A stretch of DNA of 63,674 bases, the filler included, from Octopus bimaculoides (lineage: Eukaryota): assembly GCF_001194135.2 (NCBI RefSeq). It is 6 parts of 5 records of this genome, joined end to end, with 100 filler letters (N's around TTAATTAATTAA, not from the genome) between each part and the next. Parts side by side here need not be neighbours in the genome. Positions count along the whole stretch, not along the records: positions 41,657 to 62,423 come from NC_068981.1; positions 62,524 to 63,674 come from NW_026428303.1; 4 more parts are not named here. One strand, given 5' to 3'. Both the position numbers and the translations under genes were made by a program. Each line of letters opens with the position of its first letter. The first letter of the stretch is position 1. The notes beneath the pieces were generated by a model that ran no database searches, had not been told where the DNA came from, and saw nothing but the letters and a program-made list of their open reading frames with translations. Positions 51,031 to 63,674 of the stretch are shown piece by piece.

Positions 51031-52121
51031 ACGAAAGAACATACGGAAAACACACAAAGGACGTAAACACACTCTCCTTCCTCAATTTTCGGCCAAAAAT
51101 CATCACAATTTCGATGCCTTATTGATTAAAATTGTTCAATTTGGGGGCGTCACTGATATACAAATGAGCGAACATGGAAGGTAGAATGAGTCAAGTATGT
51201 AGACCGAATAGTGAAAAGGACGAGTTATGAGGACATCGAGAAAATATAGAAAAAGAAATGATAGTAATGAAAGCATCTCCTAATATAATAATGAGCGTTG
51301 TGTTATCATATATTTGTATATATATGTATATATATATATATATATNNNNNNNNNNNNNNNNNNNNNNNNNNNNNNNNNNNNNNNNNNNNNNNNNNNNNNN
51401 NNNNNNNNNNNNNNNNNNNNNNNNNNNNNNNNNNNNNNNNNNNNNNNNNNNNNNNNNNNNNNNNNNNNNNNNNNNNNNNNNNNNNNNNNNNNNNNNNNNN
51501 NNNNNNNNNNNNNNNNNNNNNNNNNNNNNNNNNNNNNNNNNNNNNNNNNNNNNNNNNNNNNNNNNNNNNNNNNNNNNNNNNNNNNNNNNNNNNNNNNNNN
51601 NNNNNNNNNNNNNNNNNNNNNNNNNNNNNNNNNNNNNNNNNNNNNNNNNNNNNNNNNNNNNNNNNNNNNNNNNNNNNNNNNNNNNNNNNNNNNNNNNNNN
51701 NNNNNNNNNNNNNNNNNNNNNNNNNNNNNNNNNNNNNNNNNNNNNNNNNNNNNNNNNNNNNNNNNNNNNNNNNNNNNNNNNNNNNNNNNNNNNNNNNNNN
51801 NNNNNNNNNNNNNNNNNNNNNNNNNNNNNNNNNNNNNNNNNNNNNNNNNNNNNNNNNNNNNNNNNNNNNNNNNNNNNNNNNNNNNNNNNNNNNNNNNNNN
51901 GGATATTACTATAATCACAAAGTGATCAAAAGATCAGCTTACTATCAGTAATTCTGCTCTTCGGAGATGAATTAAGAACCAATGGTATATATATAATATT
52001 AATTAAAACATTAGAAATATTAAAAAATTAAAAATAATAATAAAGTATATACTGTCCTTCGTATAAATTGTAAAATTAATGTGAGTATATGTGTGTGTGT
52101 GTGTAAAATGAGGAATGTGAA

Positions 52122-52162
<41 letters not shown>

Positions 52163-55100
52163 AATGGAAATGGGATGGTGAATGTTCAACGCTGAAAAGA
52201 ATCAAGCATTTCAACTCTGTTTGAGTATATGTGTGTATGTGTGTGCGTGTGCAAAGGAAGGATGTAAATGTATGTGAACATTGAAAAGTGTATTAATTTG
52301 ATTTACCATCCATATCTTCTACTATAATATTACTGTTGTGTATTTCTCCGTCACAACATATGAATGAGAAAGGAAGGGGTGATGGCAAACTTGGTAGTGG
52401 GATAATGGAAGTTCTATGGGGAAAAAAAAATTAAACAGCTTTTCAACTCTGCGTGAGTATGTGTGTGTGTGTATACAAAATGGAGTCATGTGTGCGTATG
52501 TGTGTGTGTATGTGTGTGTGTGTGTGTGTGCGTGCAATAGAAGTAGGATGGTAGACATTCAATGCTGAAAAGAAAAACCAAACAGTGTTTCAACTGCGTG
52601 TCAGTGTATGTGTGTGCGTGTACAAGGGAAGTATGTGAATGTATCTGTGATTATCATGTACCTTATTTTGTACCTTATTTATATATATAATACTACAATT
52701 AGCCGCCATTTTTGACAACACAGGATCAGCTAGTAAATAAATAATAAATGACACGGTTATTTATTTATATATACATAGAAAGCCTTTCGGTTATATAGTA
52801 GAATTAAGACATGTGAGAAAGTAACGCGGTTAGGAAAGAACGTAACCTTTTCGGACTTGTAAAAATATATGTAGAAAAACAAGACAAAACAAAGCTAAAC
52901 ACGATGTTATGTCAGGAGCTGAATAAGACCCAACTGATCGAGCGTACTGTCAGGCTCCAGAAAAGGGTGGTTGGTTTAAGAAACAAGATGGTCACAAGGT
53001 ACCCTTAAAAGAGGGGAGAGAAAGAGTGAATAATGAAGGATGCGTGTGTGTGCGTAAGTGTGTGTGTGATTGTGTTTGTTCTCACCCAGTACTTGACAAC
53101 AGGTGTTGGTTTATTTACATCCCTGTAAAGCACGCTTCGACACCGTTAGAATAGGTGCCAAACTTATAAATAAGCACTAGGCACGATTTGTTCAACTAAA
53201 CCCTTAAAGGCGGTGCCCCAGTATGGCCACAGTTCAATGACTGAAACAAAAAATTAAAGATTACAATCGTCCTAAATTTCAAAATATTTTTGTCTGAACA
53301 AAGAAAGTGAAAACTAAAAATCTCAGATTGACATATTGCTCTGAAGTTTATTCTTTGAAGTCAATTCACTCGTTAACAAGATGACAGCTTGTAGTTATAG
53401 TCTTTTCCAACAACTGTTCCATCTGAATAAATGAAACAGCTTAAAGGCATAAGTCGTTGGGTGTAACACCTAACATATTGAGCGGTCACTCCTCTCTCTC
53501 TCATAAAGTCAATGAATACGTGTTGTTATTTAGTAAGTATTGCTACAGACTGTAAATGCAATATAAACAGAAACAGCCGGGGAACAATCATATCTATACA
53601 AATAATCCTATTTATCGCTATAAACATTTAACTCTCGGTTCTTTCATCCACTTGACAATATAGTACTTTTAAAATTCAATAGGATCTAATAGATAATTAT
53701 CGATTTATCTTTGAAGGAATCAAAACAGGTTTGATGTCATAGATGTATGATTTGCTGTTGAAGAGCATTCTTGAAAATAATAGCACTTTTCTGTTAGAGT
53801 AATTAATTTTAAATAATAATGACATTTTATTGGAACATTATTAATATCTTGGGTGCCATTTATCATTGTCATAATAAATGACAAACCCAAGCGAAAAGCC
53901 GACCAGTTTGGAGAAAGCTTATCAAGCCATGCCAAAGTCATGAACAGTCATAGTCGCGACGACTGACTGCAGATAATAATTAATATCTACTATGATGCAC
54001 ACACATAAGCACATGCATCTTCCATACATTCCATACATAGACATATGCATGCAGAGGAAAGATTTTTTGCTCACCATCAGAAGATGATGCATAGCTATGT
54101 TGTCAAAAGTTTTCAGATTGCAGTAAGATAGATAACCACTGTCGTCTGTTTTGGACGAACAATTGCTATATTTGCTTTCATGTTTTAAGTATGCTTTTGA
54201 AATTCAGAACAGCAAAATACTTGATGCAAAAAGTAAGGATGAATATAAAACTTCCGTATATGATAAACTGGAAAACATAAAAACTTAACATGGGATCCAT
54301 ATCTTAAGTAGCAATCCACAAATTACATCCTGTTAATGTCGATTTGTGAGTGTAACAAGGCGACGTGCTGTAAAAATCGTTAGCACGCCGGGCAAAATGC
54401 TTAGCCGCATTTCATCCGTCTTTACGTTCTGAGTTCATATTCCACCGAGGTCGACTTTCATCTTTTCAGAGTCGATAAAATAAATATCAATTGAGCATTG
54501 GGGTCGATGTAATCGACTTACTTCCTTCCCCTAAATTACTGGCCTTGTGCCAAAATTTGAAACTAGTATCTACTTGTGAGGTAGGATTGTTTTGAATATA
54601 GACATATAAGAAGTTAGTGATATGCAGGACATATTTATCAAAGGAAAGTATACTGATAAAACAGTACAAAAATCAACGTCATAATTAACATATTGGCAAG
54701 ATCTTTACTCATATTTATTGATATTCTGGGACTTAGATTTGCTATTTTATCCACTTGCACTATTTTTCAATAAACTATCAAAACTTTATTGCTCCAGCTA
54801 AAGCGAAGATTCTGCCAGTAGTTTGCTGAGATAGAAAGTGATAGAAAAAGACTCAAACATTTCAGGAGCAAGGGAACAAAATTTGTAAGGTACATTCTTT
54901 TGTGATCCACCCACGACTTGCATCGAGGGCAAGTTATCCAGGACACCCAGAGCTTACACTGTGATTAATCTGTTGTAACGCCCTGTTTCCTGAAACCAGA
55001 TTTATCTCTCAATTATTGACTGTACAGATCCTGAATTTATTATCTGTATACGTGTTACCTGAAATTATGGATATCTATCAGAATGTACCAACTTAATTAT

Positions 55101-56419
55101 AGATATAAATGTGTTCTAGTTGATCTATGTTAGTTAGAGTACGTCATTTCTGAGTGTTGTAAAATGCCTACAGAATATCATCCTTTATCCTTTATTCTTA
55201 ATGAACACGATCTACTGAGAGCGTTCATTAAGAATATGATGGATATAACTGGAAATATATCTAGTCACGTGTCGGGTCAAAACAGCAATCAGGATTAAGT
55301 TACGACTACTCATAATATTCGTATCCAGGACAATTTCCTTGAGCAAAAGGATCGATATACTCGACTTACACCTACCCCTGGCCTTGTGCCAAAATTTGAA
55401 ACCAATATTAGAGTTCATATTGAGGATATATGGCGGATTGAACCAGATGTATTACAGTAAGGATTTTGACGTTATTAGCCTTAGGGCCTTTCTTTTCGCG
55501 ACAGGCTGACCTGCCGAGCGGTCGCATTTTCTCGTCTCCCGCTCTATTCCTCCTTCGCTTTCTCTCTGCTAAATCCTTCAGGATATTCTCCCAGTGTTGA
55601 CTACTTTGGTCTCCTGTCTGGCCCTAAAGCCTTATTTTGTTCGTTTAATTATTTCAGGTCGTTTGTATGCTCACATCCCGTTTGTTTTCTTCTCTGTCCC
55701 TCGTACATCCACTAATTGTCTCGTTTTGGAGTACAAGTTATTCCACGTTTGTATGTTAACTGCCTGTATCGCATTCTTGCTTGTAAGTTTTCTGTCTTGT
55801 TTCTCGTTTTGGCTCACTAATTTCCGGCGGCGTGCGTCGTCAGCGTCACTAGTAGGGGATTCAATGTATATGTATATATGTATATATGTGTATATGTGTG
55901 TGTGAGTGTGTGTGTGCGTTTGTGTCTGTGTGTGCATGGGCGATGCTGATCTTCCATAAAAACAACCATAGGTTGTGCGTTCGCTGGTGAGGCGACTTTC
56001 CGTCCAGACTTGTACCTCAGAGGGGAACCTCTTAGGTGCACCCATGGTCATTCGTGACCGACGGAGTCGAGTTTTATATGTATATGTATGTATGTTTGTA
56101 TGTATGTATGTATGTATGTATGTATGTATGTATGTATGTATGTATGTATGTGTGTGTGTATATATATATTATATATATATTATATATATATATATATANN
56201 NNNNNNNNNNNNNNNNNNNNNNNNNNNNNNNNNNNNNNNNNNNNNNNNNNNNNNNNNNNNNNNNNNNNNNNNNNNNNNNNNNNNNNNNNNNNNNNNNNNN
56301 NNNNNNNNNNNNNNNNNNNNNNNNNNNNNNNNNNNNNNNNNNNNNNNNNNNNNNNNNNNNNNNNNNNNNNNNNNNNNNNNNNNNNNNNNNNTATATATAT
56401 ACGGGTGTGCATGATTGTT

Positions 56420-56880
56420 TGTAGAAGAATATAACATATCATACTACCTACCCAGAAGAATTTATACCATTGTAGAAGATGCAAATATCAGGAACAAACG
56501 CCTAACAGAGCTAAAAGAATTTTTGCTCAAACAAAAATACCCGTCTCTACTTAAAGAAAATGGCATATCCATACAACAACTGAGGAATATATAAAGGAAA
56601 ATGGTCGAAGAGAAATAATTTAGAATTACAGTCTTTGATCAACAAAGACGAACGAAGGTATATCAAATGCAATACACGATAGGCTATTGCATTATTGATT
56701 ATGATTATTATCTGCTCTTTCAGGGGTGTCAGAAATATTTGCCAGATGCCAAAAGGGATCATCTTCAAATGAAAAGGTGAAATCAAGTAACACGGATTCT
56801 GCCACTAAAAAAAAGTCAGTCTGATTGTATGTAGACAAGAGGACAGTTGTTAACAGTGTTTCTGCTTCAATAGGCGTCAT
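56420..56880 (+). mobile_element. Penelope-like remnant, RT thumb and linker
   Basis: NISYYLPRRIYTIVEDANIRNKRLTELKEFLLKQKYPSLLKENGI. Confidence 0.6.
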
Positions 56881-57194
56881 CGGCAGCGTCGTTGTCCTAC
56901 GTTATTTCCAGCAGAAGGCACGATTAGATAGAAATGGAGAAAAGCACATTTTTGGGGATGAGGTAATTTACATAAATGAAACGAAAAAGGCCTCAGAGAA
57001 ATAACTCAGATTAGACAGTAGCATGTATTCGAACAGCAAAGACGAATAAGAGTATATTAAATACTATTATAGGACGGAGAAGGTAGAACAATCGCTTGAT
57101 GGCGAAAAAGAGAGATAATCTCAGAAAACAAAAGTTCTCCAAAATCATACCATTTAAGAAAAGACAACTTGATTCTTTGGAGACAAGAGTATCT

Positions 57195-57237
57195 CTATGG
57201 ACACCTGTTTCTTTCAGAATAGGCCTCATCAGCACAG
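57195..57237 (-). ncRNA. Hammerhead-like motif with degenerate stem II
   Basis: Minus strand reads CUGUG-CUGAUGA-GGCCUAUUCUGAAA-GAAAC-AGGU-GUC-CAUAG. Stem I has 5 bp and the cleavage triplet is GUC, but stem II pairs poorly. Confidence 0.5.
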
Positions 57238-58475
57238 CTGTTATCCTACCTTATCTCCAGTAGACACATAGACACTTAGAGATACATAAATATAAAACAC
57301 ACTCAATCACACACACACACACACGCACACATACACACATATTATATATGTATTATGTGTATACACATGTCTACATACATGTGTGTGTATGCATGTGTAT
57401 GTATGTATATATATATATATGTATTATATGTATGTATGTATTATGTATGTATATATGCGTGCATGCATGCATGTACACGCAGACACAGGCACACGACTCC
57501 CGAGCAGTTATATTGAAAAAGAATAATAAAATGCAAGGAACAGCTGGATGCTAAAGATGACAAGGCAATTGACATTTTGGACATAGAAGTTGAGTCTCTT
57601 CAGCTGTGCACAGCCTTTTGTCAAATTTGAATTTGAGCGACGTTCATCTGCATCTTATTTCTATAAAACAGAAAACAAAACGTTTCACTGAATTGTCAAG
57701 AATCGAATATTATATCGCATCAAACCTCGGATGACTGAATCACTTCAGGCCACATATAATGGGTTAAGACGGTCTCCGAAGTGTACAAGTTTGACTAGTT
57801 TTTGAGTCATCTTTTATCTTTAACTTGTTTCAGTCATTAGACTGCGGCCATACTGGGTCACCGCTTTGAAGAACTTATAGTACAGTACTTTTTCTTTTTA
57901 AGACTGGTACTTATTCTATCGGTCACTTTTGCCGAATAGCTAAGTTACGGAAACTTAAACACACCAACACCGGTTGTCAATCGGTGGTGGGGGGACAAAC
58001 ACAGACATAAAAACAAACACACACACACACCTTCATTATAGTACTAACCACTGTGACCCTGACCACCGACTCACCACCCAATCTAACCGCAACCTTCTAT
58101 CTTTCCTCAATAACTGCCATCTCTTCAAATAATTGCCATCCTTTTACTCACAATCTCAACTTCCAATAAGCTATTATCCCTAAATTTTGACACCAATACA
58201 CAAACTCAACAACTGACCACCCATCAATTACTATCTATCCCATCCCTCCCACTCACCTCCCAACTCTCCATCTTTACTGCCACCTCTCTTAATACACTCA
58301 TTATTAACCCCCTCCCTCTTACTGAACTAACTCTCTTATCTCCTCTCACCATTTCCTGTCTTAACACTTTACATAACCCCACTGGCCCTTCTACTTCCTC
58401 CCTCTAACAGGGCTAGCTCTCTACATTTAATCATTCCGCCTTTGAACTCTGCATTATGATTTAAATTCTAAGATC

Positions 58476-58599
58476 TTTTCTGATGACGGAGGCTCGATTT
58501 ATCCAATGTTGGTGGCTTCCATTACGGCTGTATATTGGGATGAACTACACCTACCAACATTATGATGGATCTCCGAGGCCCCAGAAACAGTTGTTGGAC
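58476..58599 (+). ncRNA. Hammerhead-like motif with a stem II of about 95 nt
   Basis: CUGAUGA at 58480-58486 and GAAAC-AGUU-GUU at 58584-58595. The intervening sequence folds back (AUCCA/UGGAU, AUGUUGGUGG/CUACCAACAU, GGAGGCUCG/CGAGGCCCC). Stem I is weak. Confidence 0.45.
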
Positions 58600-58926
58600 T
58601 TATAACACCTTTCTTCCTCCCCTTTAATTCATCGTCTAAAAGTCTCCACTTTTGATTTCTCTCATTTCGCTCATACATATATACATATTTTGTATTTCAT
58701 ACATAAAATGGTATATTTAATATATCTAATTTCTTTATACGCATAACAGCCTCCTCATCTGCTCAACTTGATCCCTTTTCTAGCCATTCTTTACCCCCAC
58801 GGAATTGATCCCCTGTAAAGACATTGTAGTCTAAGTTTGAACCATTTGAGCACTATTAAGTGTCTTCTATACTGAGAATCTCTGGATTTCATCTGTTGAC
58901 TACACAGGCACAGACACAGACACAGA

Positions 58927-59005
<79 letters not shown>

Positions 59006-59196
59006 NNNNNNNNNNNNNNNNNNNNNNNNNNNNNNNNNNNNNNNNNNNNNNNNNNNNNNNNNNNNNNNNNNNNNNNNNNNNNNNNNNNNNNNNNNNNNNN
59101 NNNNNNNNNNNNNNNNNNNNNNNNNNNNNNNNNNNNNNNNNNNNNNNNNNNNNNNNNNNNNNNNNNNNNNNNNNNNNNNNNNNNNNNNNNNNNNNN

Positions 59197-59230
<34 letters not shown>

Positions 59231-59566
59231 TACTCAAGGAAATTTCAACACTGATTTTCACGTTTTATTTACAATCTTATAATAATTTAATATAAGATAA
59301 TATGATATAATGAAATGATAGAATATTAAATGTCCATTCTGATTGAACTGATTGGTGGTGGTGGAGGCGTCGTCGGTGGTGGTGCTGGTGGAGGTAGAAG
59401 TAGCTGTGGTAATAGAACTTTAAACCCCAAAATAAGATTATTTTTACTGACTTTGCTCTTGACTTAGCTAGTATTTTCCTGCTATCGTCATCATGAGTAC
59501 CTTTAGTATCGTTGTTGTTAGTAGTAGTGGTCGTAGCAGTAGAAATAGTACCTCTAAGTATTAGTA

Positions 59567-60187
59567 TTATTGTTTATTTAGCTTGGGTTGGAATTTATTA
59601 ATAAAGTTCTTTTCTCTGATTTTTCTCTCAATTTCACTAAGACTATGTAGTTTGTAGAATGGAAACGTTATAAATATTTTCCGACCGTATGTTGCTAGAT
59701 GGTTACTCAAAGGTATCTGACGGACATCTGGGTCTGGTGTACACGTGAACGTTCTGATAATGCATTTCCAGTCTGACCTGCATATAAGTTCTTCATAATT
59801 CGAGCATTTGATGCAGTAAATTAAATTTCTGCTTTTGCCGTTCATATTTTCATTTGTGAATATTTTTCCGGTTTCTGTGTCCATATATTGGCCGGTATGT
59901 ATGAATTGGCATGTACCACATCGGTTATCATTGCATTTAGATACAGTCAATGATTGGTCTTTGTTGCTAATGTCAAACTTTGCCTTTGTTAATAATATTT
60001 TCAAGTTTTTATGCTGTATTTTACTAAGAACCATCGCTCGATCTGTGATTATATCTTTTAATTCATTACTTTGAGCAATGATCGGTAGGTTTGCTTTGGC
60101 AATGTTGAAGATATTATGGTGACATGACTTGTGTGTCACTATAAATGGCATGATTTGTTCCTGTTTTCCTCTTTGTTCAAATGTCAT
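59567..60187 (-). mobile_element. Penelope-like Cys-rich linker and GIY-YIG endonuclease remnant
   Basis: KCNDNRCGTCQFI...KSRNLIYCIKC...LSNHL...ERKIREKNFINKFQPKLNK. Confidence 0.85.
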
Positions 60188-60739
60188 GAATAGAAAGCCA
60201 TTTAAGCAATTTATTTTATGTGTATCAGTACTTCCTAGAAATTTCTCAATTTAGTGGCAAGAAAAAATCTATAAATGCTTATCATAAACAAAATGTTCGT
60301 AAACAAAGCAAAGTGTTAAAGACAAATATTTAATGTCCACATGGACGTTGTAAACTTCATGTCAATTGCTATTTAAACCTGACTTGCACATTCCTCTCAA
60401 GATTAACCAGGTGCCTGAAAGCATTAACAGATTTCTCTACAAATACGTAGGATAATTGCATTTCGTCATTCTATGAATAAATGAAGGGGCCTGTATGTAA
60501 TTTTCCAATATGCCAGAATAGTTAAATCTATTAGAATATTTCACTCTGAAATGGACTAGTCTACTTTATTGCAGGTAATACCATCAGGCTGCTGTGGGCA
60601 ACTGCAGCACCAAAAAATTGGCAAAAAGGTGGTTAATAAAAGTTAATAATAATGAATTAAAGTAAGTTCATTTTCTATTAGAAGTGAAATATCCTACGAT
60701 TTAGATACTTGTTTTTCCTCTCATACACACATACATACA

Positions 60740-60769
<30 letters not shown>

Positions 60770-60771
<2 letters not shown>

Positions 60772-61035
60772 CGGATGTTGACATAAGGCTAAAAGATCAG
60801 CGAAAAAGAAAACACCTACGCTAAAATCTATAGTTACTCTACCCAGATTATAAGTTCAGGCTTATACCAGTAATTATTGGGGCTATAGGATATGTAACAA
60901 ACTGCCTAAGTACCAACCTTAAGAAATTAGGCTTCTCAGATCTAAAAAGGAGAAGGCTGATTCGAAGACTAGAGATCCAAGCCATCACTGGAACCGTAAA
61001 AATTTGTAAAATTTTCCGGAAGTTTACCATTTAAG
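60770..61035 (+). mobile_element. RLE-type non-LTR 3' end, family 2
   Basis: YPDYKFRLIPVIIGAIGYVTNCLSTNLKKLGFS...IQAITGTVKICKIFRKFTI-stop. The 5' truncation point abuts (CATA)n. Confidence 0.75.
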
Positions 61036-61984
61036 TGTATATATGCGCATGTCTAGACATGCAGCAAAACATACAAATCTGTACCTGCAGATATACACAC
61101 ATACATACAAAAATACTCTGTTGATGTTAATATTTCAATGAAGGTGCCCTGGATCTAGGTTAGAAACTGGTTCTTTCTCTCTTGGCAAGAAATCTTGAAA
61201 TAAAACTGAATAATGACATAAATACACATAAATACATTTTTAAATATATATACACGTACATATAAATAAATAAACACGTAGTACGTACATACATACATAC
61301 ATACATACATCTTTGTTCATTAATTAATTATGCACTACACAGCTGTATCTATGAATTCATACAAAAATACAGCCAAACGTAATCATCTCCCTGCCACAAT
61401 CGTTGAATTATGAATCTTTATAATCTAAAGTACTTATAATTCAGTTCGGTCTGCTGGCGAGGGCTTGTATAAAAATTATTTCACAGTTAAAGAACGTGTC
61501 ATTCGTTTGATGCCAAGAGTAAATTTTCTCCTACGTCTTTCTAGGGTTGCGAAATTTTAATAGTCACATCTGTACTGAACAGGTGCATCGCCTGAAAATT
61601 GAGTGTCTGGTCTGGTGACCTGCTTATATATGTTAGTGTTTTCTTTTTGTTTTTGTACTCTTAATCTCTACTTAATCCCTTCTTTTTTTGTTTCGTAACT
61701 TAGAATGTGCGATAGACTGAGTGATAGCTAGATGGAAGAGTAGATAGATGGATAGGAAAAAGTAAACGGATAAATAAATATTTATGTAGGCAGAAAGATA
61801 CATCTAGCTAACTGTCTGGTACCTGTTTATCTTTTAGATAGACAGGTAGCTGAATAGACGGATGAATTAAAAACATAGATAGACATGTATGAATTAGTGG
61901 TGTATAGTTAGATGTCCAAGTAAGAAGTTAACAGCATCAGCGTCACCGATCTAATGGCATTAGTCACACCGAAGACTACGGGCA

Positions 61985-62210
61985 AAAAGAGTTTTCCTCT
62001 AGATTAGTGATTCTCAACCGGGGTGCATATAAGATTTTGTCATGTGCAATAAATTGGTTATACTTTGACAATACACAAGACATTTTAACAATTCCCAGTA
62101 ATATTTAATTATAAAAATATAATGGGGATTTTTTTAATGTTAAATAGTTATGGGGGTCCATCCAAGAGACAGTAGAATGAAGGGGTCCATAGGAAATGAA
62201 TATATAGAAA
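61985..62210. mobile_element. hAT-like non-autonomous element fragment
   Basis: Begins TAGTGATTCTCAACCGGGGT, resembling CAGTGGTTCTCAACC hAT termini. The other end was not identified. Confidence 0.35.
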
Positions 62211-62370
62211 TTGTATAGACAATAGAAGGGAATAGGGGTAGTGCTAGACATGGGTATTTATTGACAGAGTATAAATAAGAAAAGCAAAAGATGTAAATAC
62301 AGAACAAATATGGGAGATAGATAGAGAACATAAGGAACGTGTGCGCGCGCGCGCGTGTGCATGTGTGAGT

Positions 62371-62423
<53 letters not shown>

Positions 62424-62523
62424 NNNNNNNNNNNNNNNNNNNNNNNNNNNNNNNNNNNNNNNNNNNNTTAATTAATTAANNNNNNNNNNNNNNNNNNNNN
62501 NNNNNNNNNNNNNNNNNNNNNNN
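62424..62523. other. Artificial scaffold-join spacer
   Basis: N44-TTAATTAATTAA-N44. Confidence 0.95.
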
Positions 62524-62929
62524 CATAGCGGTTTGGCAAAAGACTGAAACAAAGACTGAAACAAGTAAAAGAGTAAAAGAGAACGCATATTATTCAGTCT
62601 TCCCTGTACTGAATAATCCTCACAGACGATGGCGGATCGACCTCAATATATTACCGGTATTTACGCATAATATCGTGGTTTGACGACTAGGAAGATTGAA
62701 TAAAAGAAACAAAAGTTGAACCAAGCGTGATTTTAACTCAGTAACATGCGGTACTCTGACGAATCTCCGAATCGACCAGCGGTAGCTTTTAAATACTATA
62801 ACTTGTATAACATTAAGAGACATTGTCCTGAAATTTATACTGCAATGACAGCATGCGAAAATAATTTATAAAGAAATTGCAGTGGTTATTAAATTGTTTT
62901 AAAAAGGCTTGATAAGTGATAAAAGAAAA

Positions 62930-63430
62930 AGAAAAAAAATCAGCAACAACCACTGTAGAATTAATCATGATAATTGAAAGAAAATTAAGTCAAGTGCTCA
63001 ACAAGCTACTCAGTTAATTGCTCGAACCGTATTTTTACACAGATCTAATGTGAAGTTTAAAATGAAATGGCTCTTGAGAGCATAAATCAAAGATTAGAGT
63101 CAACGCATCGTGCCAATAAGCTAAGCACGATCGTAATTAAAATACATAAAGACATAAGATTTGCAGAAAACGGATATAAAACTTCTAATGAAACATGTTC
63201 TTCTTGCTGGTAAAGGCGGGTTTGAAAGATCTAAGAAGCACTTGAATTTGCACAGCATAAAAATGACTAGTGAAGTTGCCTGTGAAAAAGTTGCTGGTAA
63301 TTGTCTCGAGCATCCGAAAATATATTGCTGAAAAAGTTGCATACCAGAGAAAGTATACAATGTAGATGAAACCACACCTTTCTTGAAGGTCAGATCAGCT
63401 AGACCATTTATTTCTAGAGAAAAAAATCAA
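62930..63430 (+). mobile_element. Tigger/pogo transposase remnant
   Basis: AGKGGFERSKKHLNLHSIKMTSEVA...EKVYNVDETTPF...FISREK matches pogo FKASNGWFERFKKR and FNVDETGLF, with stops. Confidence 0.8.
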
Positions 63431-63674
63431 CGTAATCTGATAGAAGACACCAATTATCAGCAAAAAGAGAAATCAGCCTGCCTGTATGTCGTTTCTAAGA
63501 AGTTAAGTCTTTTACAATCTATATTGAGTATCCTTCTCTTAAGTAGAGAGTATTTAATATTGTTATAAGATTTTGTGTTTGTACATAAGGATAGTGTTTC
63601 TTGAAGCATGCTTTGTTATATTAGCATGTTGATTCGAGCATATCATAAATACTTACATACATACAACATACATG

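Noticed and set aside
54076-54989. Scattered minus-strand splice-like signals (54958-54989, 54825 onward, about 54076-54146)
   Set aside because: I could not join them into a consistent open frame or recognise a protein.

Overview
AT-rich, microsatellite-dense animal genomic DNA, most likely an octopus (inferred from the SINE/LINE repertoire; not proven). Five identical 100-bp spacers (N44-TTAATTAATTAA-N44) are artificial joins, so the window is six separately assembled pieces and gene order across joins is unreliable. Three kinds of host gene were read by hand; only two of these nine exons overlap an ORF-track entry in recognisable form as annotated genes would. (1) A rabphilin/DOC2-type C2A exon at 14297-14376, plus a probable upstream exon at 8422-8550. 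(2) Three consecutive exons of a RECQL (RecQ1) helicase at 37744-41105. (3) A head-to-head pair of gustatory-receptor-like (GRL, 7TM ion channel) paralogs inside an inverted duplication at 26654-33620. Their C-terminal exons end in the TYhhhhhQ motif, have three phase-0 introns, and differ only at synonymous sites. The rest is mostly transposon debris: mariner, Tigger, Helitron, Tx1/L1, CR1/L2-like, two restriction-like-endonuclease LINE families (one always in (TAA)n), several Penelope-like elements with hammerhead-ribozyme-like motifs, an 8-bp-TSD MITE carrying telomere-like repeats, and tRNA-derived SINEs. Most ORF-track entries are microsatellite or N-gap artefacts.
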